Positions 58,901 through 64,000 of a DNA stretch of 64,000 nucleotides are shown one piece after another; the stretch's first letter is position 1; every line of letters begins with the position of its first letter. The translations under genes were made by a program, and so were the position numbers. A model generated the notes under the pieces. That model was not told where the DNA came from. It saw only the letters and a program-made list of their open reading frames with translations, and made no database searches. Origin of the DNA: Auanema rhodensis (taxonomy: Eukaryota; Animalia; Nematoda); the NCBI GenBank assembly GCA_964057225.1, contig OZ059896.1, positions 186,001 to 250,000 on the forward strand, written 5' to 3'.

Positions 58901-61600
58901 TTTAGACTAATATGGACATGGGGAATCTAATTTTGAAAACCGCATCTCTTTATCTTTCACGTGAAGCGAGTTACATACCAAGTGCACATCACGTGTACAT
59001 TTAATTAGCATAAATTAAAGTTCACGTAAATTTCAAAGTCATGGTTACCATGAACCAATATCAATAAAAATTTGTTTTTAGACTAATATGGACATGGGGA
59101 ATCTAATTTTGAAAACCGCATTTCTTTATCTTTCACGTGAAGCGAGTTACATACCAAGTGCACATCACGTGTACATTTAATTAGCATAAATTAAAGTTCA
59201 CGTAAATTTCAAAGTCATGGTTACCATGCACCAATATCAATAAAAATTTGTTTTTAGACTAATATGGACATGGGGAATCTAATTTTGAAAACCGCATCTC
59301 TTTTTCTTTCACGTGAAGCGAGTTACATACCAAGTGCACATCACGTGTACATTTAATTAGCATAAATTAAAGTTCACGTAAATTTCAAAGTCATGGTTAC
59401 CATGCACCAATATCAATAAAAATTTGTTTTTAGACTAATATGGACATGGGGAATCTAATTTTGAAAACCGCATCTCTTTATCTTTCACGTGAAGCGAGTT
59501 ACATACCAAGTGCACATCACGTGTACAATTAATTAGCATAAATTAAAGTTCACGTAAATTTCAAAGTCATGGTTACCATGAAGCAATATCAATAAAAATT
59601 TGTTTTTAGACTAGTATGGACATGGGGAATCTAATTTTAAAAACCGCATCTCTTTATCTTTCACGTGAAGCGAGTTACATACCAAGTGCACATCACGTGT
59701 ACATTTAATTAGCATAAATTAAAGTTCACGTAAATTTCAAAGTCATGGTTACCATGAAGCAATATCAATAAAAATTTGTTTTTAGACTAATATGGACATG
59801 GGGAATCTAATTTTGAAAACCACATCTCTTTATCTTTCACGTGAAGCGAGTTACATACCAAGTGCACATCAGGTGTACATTTAATTAGCATAAATTAAAG
59901 TTCACGTAAATTTCAAAGTCATGGTTACCATGAACCAATATCAATAAAAATTTGTTTTTAGACTAATATGGACATGGGGAATCTAATTTTGAAAACCGCA
60001 TCTCTTTATCTTTCACGTGAAGCGAGTTACATACCAAGTGCACATCACGTGTACATTTAATTAGCATAAATTAAAGTTCACGTAAATTTCAAAGTCATGG
60101 TTACCATGAACCAATATCAATAAAAATTTGTTTTCAGACTAATATGGACATGGGGAATCTAATTTTGAAAACCGCATCTCTTTATCTTTCACGTGAAGCG
60201 AGTTACATACCAAGTGCACATCACGTGTACATTTAATTAGCATAAATTAAAGTTCACGTAAATTTCAAAGTCATGGTCACCATGCACCAATATCAATAAA
60301 AATTTGTTTTTAGACTAATATGGACATGGGGAATCTAATTTTGAAAACCGCATCTCTTTATCTTTCACGTGAAGCGAGTTACATACCAAGTGCACATCAC
60401 GTGTACATTTAATTAGCATAAATTAAAGTTCACGTAAATTTCAAAGTCATGGTTACCATGAAGCAATATCAATAAAAATTTGTTTTTAGACTAATATGGA
60501 CATGGGGAATCTAATTTTGAAAACCACATCTCTTTATCTTTCACGTGAAGCGAGTTACATACCAAGTGCACATCACGTGTACATTTAATTAGCATAAATT
60601 AAAGTTCACGTAAATTTCAAAGTCATGGTTACCATGAACCAATATCAATAAAAATTTGTTTTTAGACTAATATGGACATGGGGAATCTAATTTTGAAAAC
60701 CGCATCTCTTTATCTTTCACGTGAAGCGAGTTACATACCAAGTGCACATCACGTGTACATTTAATTAGCATAAATTAAAGTTCACGTAAATTTCAAAGTC
60801 ATGGTTACCATGCACCAATATCAATAAAAATTTGTTTTTAGACTAATATGGACATGGGGAATCTAATTTTGAAAACCGCATCTCTTTTTCTTTCACGTGA
60901 AGCGAGTTACATACCAAGTGCACATCACGTGTACATTTAATTAGCATAAATTAAAGTTCACGTAAATTTCAAAGTCATGGTTACCATGAACCAATATCAA
61001 TAAAAATTTGTTTTCAGACTAATATGGACATGGGGAATCTAATTTTGAAAACCGCATCTCTTTATCTTTCACGTGAAGCGAGTTACATACCAAGTGCACA
61101 TCACGTGTACATTTAATTAGCATAAATTAAAGTTCACGTAAATTTCAAAGTCATGGTCACCATGCACCAATATCAATAAAAATTTGTTTTTAGACTAATA
61201 TGGACATGGGGAATCTAATTTTGAAAACCGCATCTCTTTATCTTTCACGTGAAGCGAGTTACATACCAAGTGCACATCACGTGTACATTTAATTAGCATA
61301 AATTAAAGTTCACGTAAATTTCAAAGTCATGGTTACCATGAACCAATATCAATAAAAATTTGTTTTTAGACTAATATGGACATGGGGAATCTAATTTTGA
61401 AAACCGCATCTATTTATCTTTCACGTGAAGCGAGTTACATACCAAGTGCACATCACGTGTACATTTAATTAGCATAAATTAAAGTTCACGTAAATTTCAA
61501 AGTCATGGTTACCATGAAGCAATATCAATAAAAATTTGTTTTTAGACTAATATGGACATTGGGAATCTAATTTTGAAAACCGCATCTCTTTATCTTTCAC
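46920..61600. repeat. Recent tandem duplication of a 42-43-monomer (about 7.5-kb) block
   Basis: More than 10 rare markers are paired. Offset 7392: 47274/54666. Offset 7568: 48536/56104, 48855/56423, 49523/57091, 50080/57648, 50212/57780, 50356/57924, 52046/59614, 52710/60278. Offset 7744: 53668/61412. Confidence 0.93.
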
Positions 61601-61699
61601 GTGAAGCGAGTTACATACCAAGTGCACATCACGTGTACATTTAATTAGCATAAATTAAAGTTCACGTAAATTTCAAAGTCATGGTTACCATGAACCAAT

Positions 61700-63150
61700 A
61701 TCAATAAAAATTTGTTTTTAGACTAATATGGACATGGGGAATCTAATTTTGAAAACCGCATCTCTTTTTCTTTCACGTGAAGCGAGTTACATACCAAGTG
61801 CACATCACGTGTACATTTAATTAGCATAAATTAAAGTTCACGTAAATTTCAAAGTCATGGTTACCATGCACCAATATCAATAAAAATTTGTTTTTAGACT
61901 AATATGGACATGGGGAATCTAATTTTGAAAACCGCATCTCTTTATCTTTCACGTGAAGCGAGTTACATACCAAGTGCACATCACGTGTACAATTAATTAG
62001 CATAAATTAAAGTTCACGTAAATTTCAAAGTCATGGTTACCATGAAGCAATATCAATAAAAATTTGTTTTTAGACTAGTATGGACATGGGGAATCTAATT
62101 TTAAAAACCGCATCTCTTTATCTTTCACGTGAAGCGAGTTACATACCAAGTGCACATCACGTGTACATTTAATTTGCATAAATTAAAGTTCACGTAAATT
62201 TCAAAGTCATGGTTACCATGAAGCAATATCAATAAAAATTTGTTTTTAGACTAATATGGACATGGGGAATCTAATTTTGAAAACCACATCTCTTTATCTT
62301 TCACGTGAAGCGAGTTACATACCAAGTGCACATCACGTGTACATTTAATTAGCATAAATTAAAGTTCACGTAAATTTCAAAGTCATGGTTACCATGAAAC
62401 AATATCAATAAAAATTTGTTTTTAGACTAATATGGACATGGGGAATCTAATTTTGAAAACCGCATCTCTTTATCTTTCACGTGAAGCGAGTTACATACCA
62501 AGTGCACATCACGTGTACATTTAATTAGCATAAATTAAAGTTCACGTAAATTTCAAAGTCATGGTTACCATGAACCAATATCAATAAAAATTTGTTTTCA
62601 GACTAATATGGACATGGGGAATCTAATTTTGAAAACCGCATCTCTTTATCTTTCACGTGAAGCGAGTTACATACCAAGTGCACATCACGTGTACATTTAA
62701 TTAGCATAAATTAAAGTTCACGTAAATTTCAAAGTCATGGTCACCATGCACCAATATCAATAAAAATTTGTTTTTAGACTAATATGGACATGGGGAATCT
62801 AATTTTGAAAACCGCATCTCTTTATCTTTCACGTGAAGCGAGTTACATACCAAGTGCACATCACGTGTACATTTAATTAGCATAAATTAAAGTTCACGTA
62901 AATTTCAAAGTCATGGTTACCATGAAGCAATATCAATAAAAATTTGTTTTTAGACTAATATGGACATGGGGAATCTAATTTTGAAAACCACATCTCTTTA
63001 TCTTTCACGTGAAGCGAGTTACATACCAAGTGCACATCACGTGTACATTTAATTAGCATAAATTAAAGTTCACGTAAATTTCAAAGTCATGGTTACCATG
63101 AACCAATATCAATAAAAATTTGTTTTTAGACTAATATGGACATGGGGAAT
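61700..63150. repeat. Partial further copy of about 59250-60700 (offset 14 monomers)
   Basis: Offset 2464: 59614/62078, 60278/62742, 60526/62990. Confidence 0.85.
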
Positions 63151-64000
63151 CTAATTTTGAAAACCGCATCTCTTTATCTTTCACGTGAAGCGAGTTACAT
63201 ACCAAGTGCACATCACGTGTACATTTAATTAGCATAAATTAAAGTTCACGTAAATTTCAAAGTCATGATTACCATGAACTAATATCAATAAAAATTTGTT
63301 TTTAGACTAATATGGACATGGGGAATCTAATTTTGAAAACCGCATCTCTTTATCTTTCACGTGAAGCGAGTTACATACCAAGTGCACATCACGTGTACAT
63401 TTAATTAGCATAAATTAAAGTTCACGTAAATTTCAAAGTCATGGTTACCATGAACCAATATCAATAAAAATTTGTTTTTAGACTAATATGGACATGGGGA
63501 ATCTAATTTTGAAAACCGCATCTCTTTATCTTTCACGTGAAGCGAGTTACATACCAAGTGCACATCACGTGTACATTTAATTAGCATAAATTAAAGTTCA
63601 CGTAAATTTCAAAGTCATGGTTACCATGCACCAATATCAATAAAAATTTGTTTTTGACTAATATGGACATGGGGAATCTAATTTTGAAAACCGCATCTCT
63701 TTATCTTTCACGTGAAGCGAGTTACATACCAAGTGCACATCACGTGTACATTTAATTAGCATAAATTAAAGTTCACGTAAATTTCAAAGTCATGGTTACC
63801 ATGAACCAATATCAATAAAAATTTGTTTTTAGACTAATATGGACATGGGGAATCTAATTTTGAAAACCGCATCTCTTTATCTTTCACGTGAAGCGAGTTA
63901 CATACCAAGTGCACATCACGTGTACATTTAATTAGCATAAATTAAAGTTCACGTAAATTTCAAAGTCATGGTTACCATGCACCAATATCAATAAAAATTT

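Larger units (their letters stand above)
1..64000. repeat. Tandem satellite DNA array, 176-bp AT-rich monomer, about 365 copies, candidate (peri)centromeric satellite; extends beyond both window edges
   Basis: The sequence at 1 recurs at 177, and line 2641 is in phase with line 1 (15x176). Net length after indels (64000+228+22-3=64247) equals 365x176+7, matching the final phase. One orientation throughout, no non-satellite insert seen. Confidence 0.99.

Noticed and set aside
1-64000. CRISPR-like or other repeat-spacer array, with m163-166 as a variable 'spacer' or code
   Set aside because: There are no unique spacers. The variation is single-base alleles inherited in duplicated blocks, and there are no cas genes or leader.
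1-64000. Purely artefactual or collapsed assembly, or synthetic concatemer
   Set aside because: Hierarchically nested shared variants plus private mutations are what an evolved array looks like. Individual block copy numbers still need read validation.

Overview
The whole 64,000-bp window is one uninterrupted, head-to-tail, single-orientation satellite DNA array. The monomer is 176 bp and about 32% GC (56/176). Consensus in the phase of positions 1-176: aaaatttgtttttagactaatatggacatggggaatctaattttgaaaaccgcatctctttatctttcacgtgaagcgagttacataccaagtgcacatcacgtgtacatttaattagcataaattaaagttcacgtaaatttcaaagtcatggttaccatgaaccaatatcaata. Indel bookkeeping (three 76-bp deletions, one 3-bp insertion, 22 single-base deletions) gives exactly 365 monomers plus 7 bp. 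Monomers typically differ from the consensus by 0-4 bases. I found no genes, RNA genes, transposons, CRISPR arrays or inversions. The nucleosome-sized unit, extreme homogeneity and nested higher-order duplications fit a eukaryotic (peri)centromeric satellite, but I do not recognise the family or species, and centromere function is only an inference. The informative signals are: (i) a monomer dense in dyads, with three TCACGT cores spaced 32-33 bp apart (two full CACGTG E-boxes, one matching the CDEI consensus); (ii) a 100-bp truncated monomer that appears to be the breakpoint scar of a multi-kb tandem duplication; (iii) layered expansions from 2 to 43 monomers. 'm' positions below are positions within the monomer. 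Block boundaries are approximate to about one monomer.
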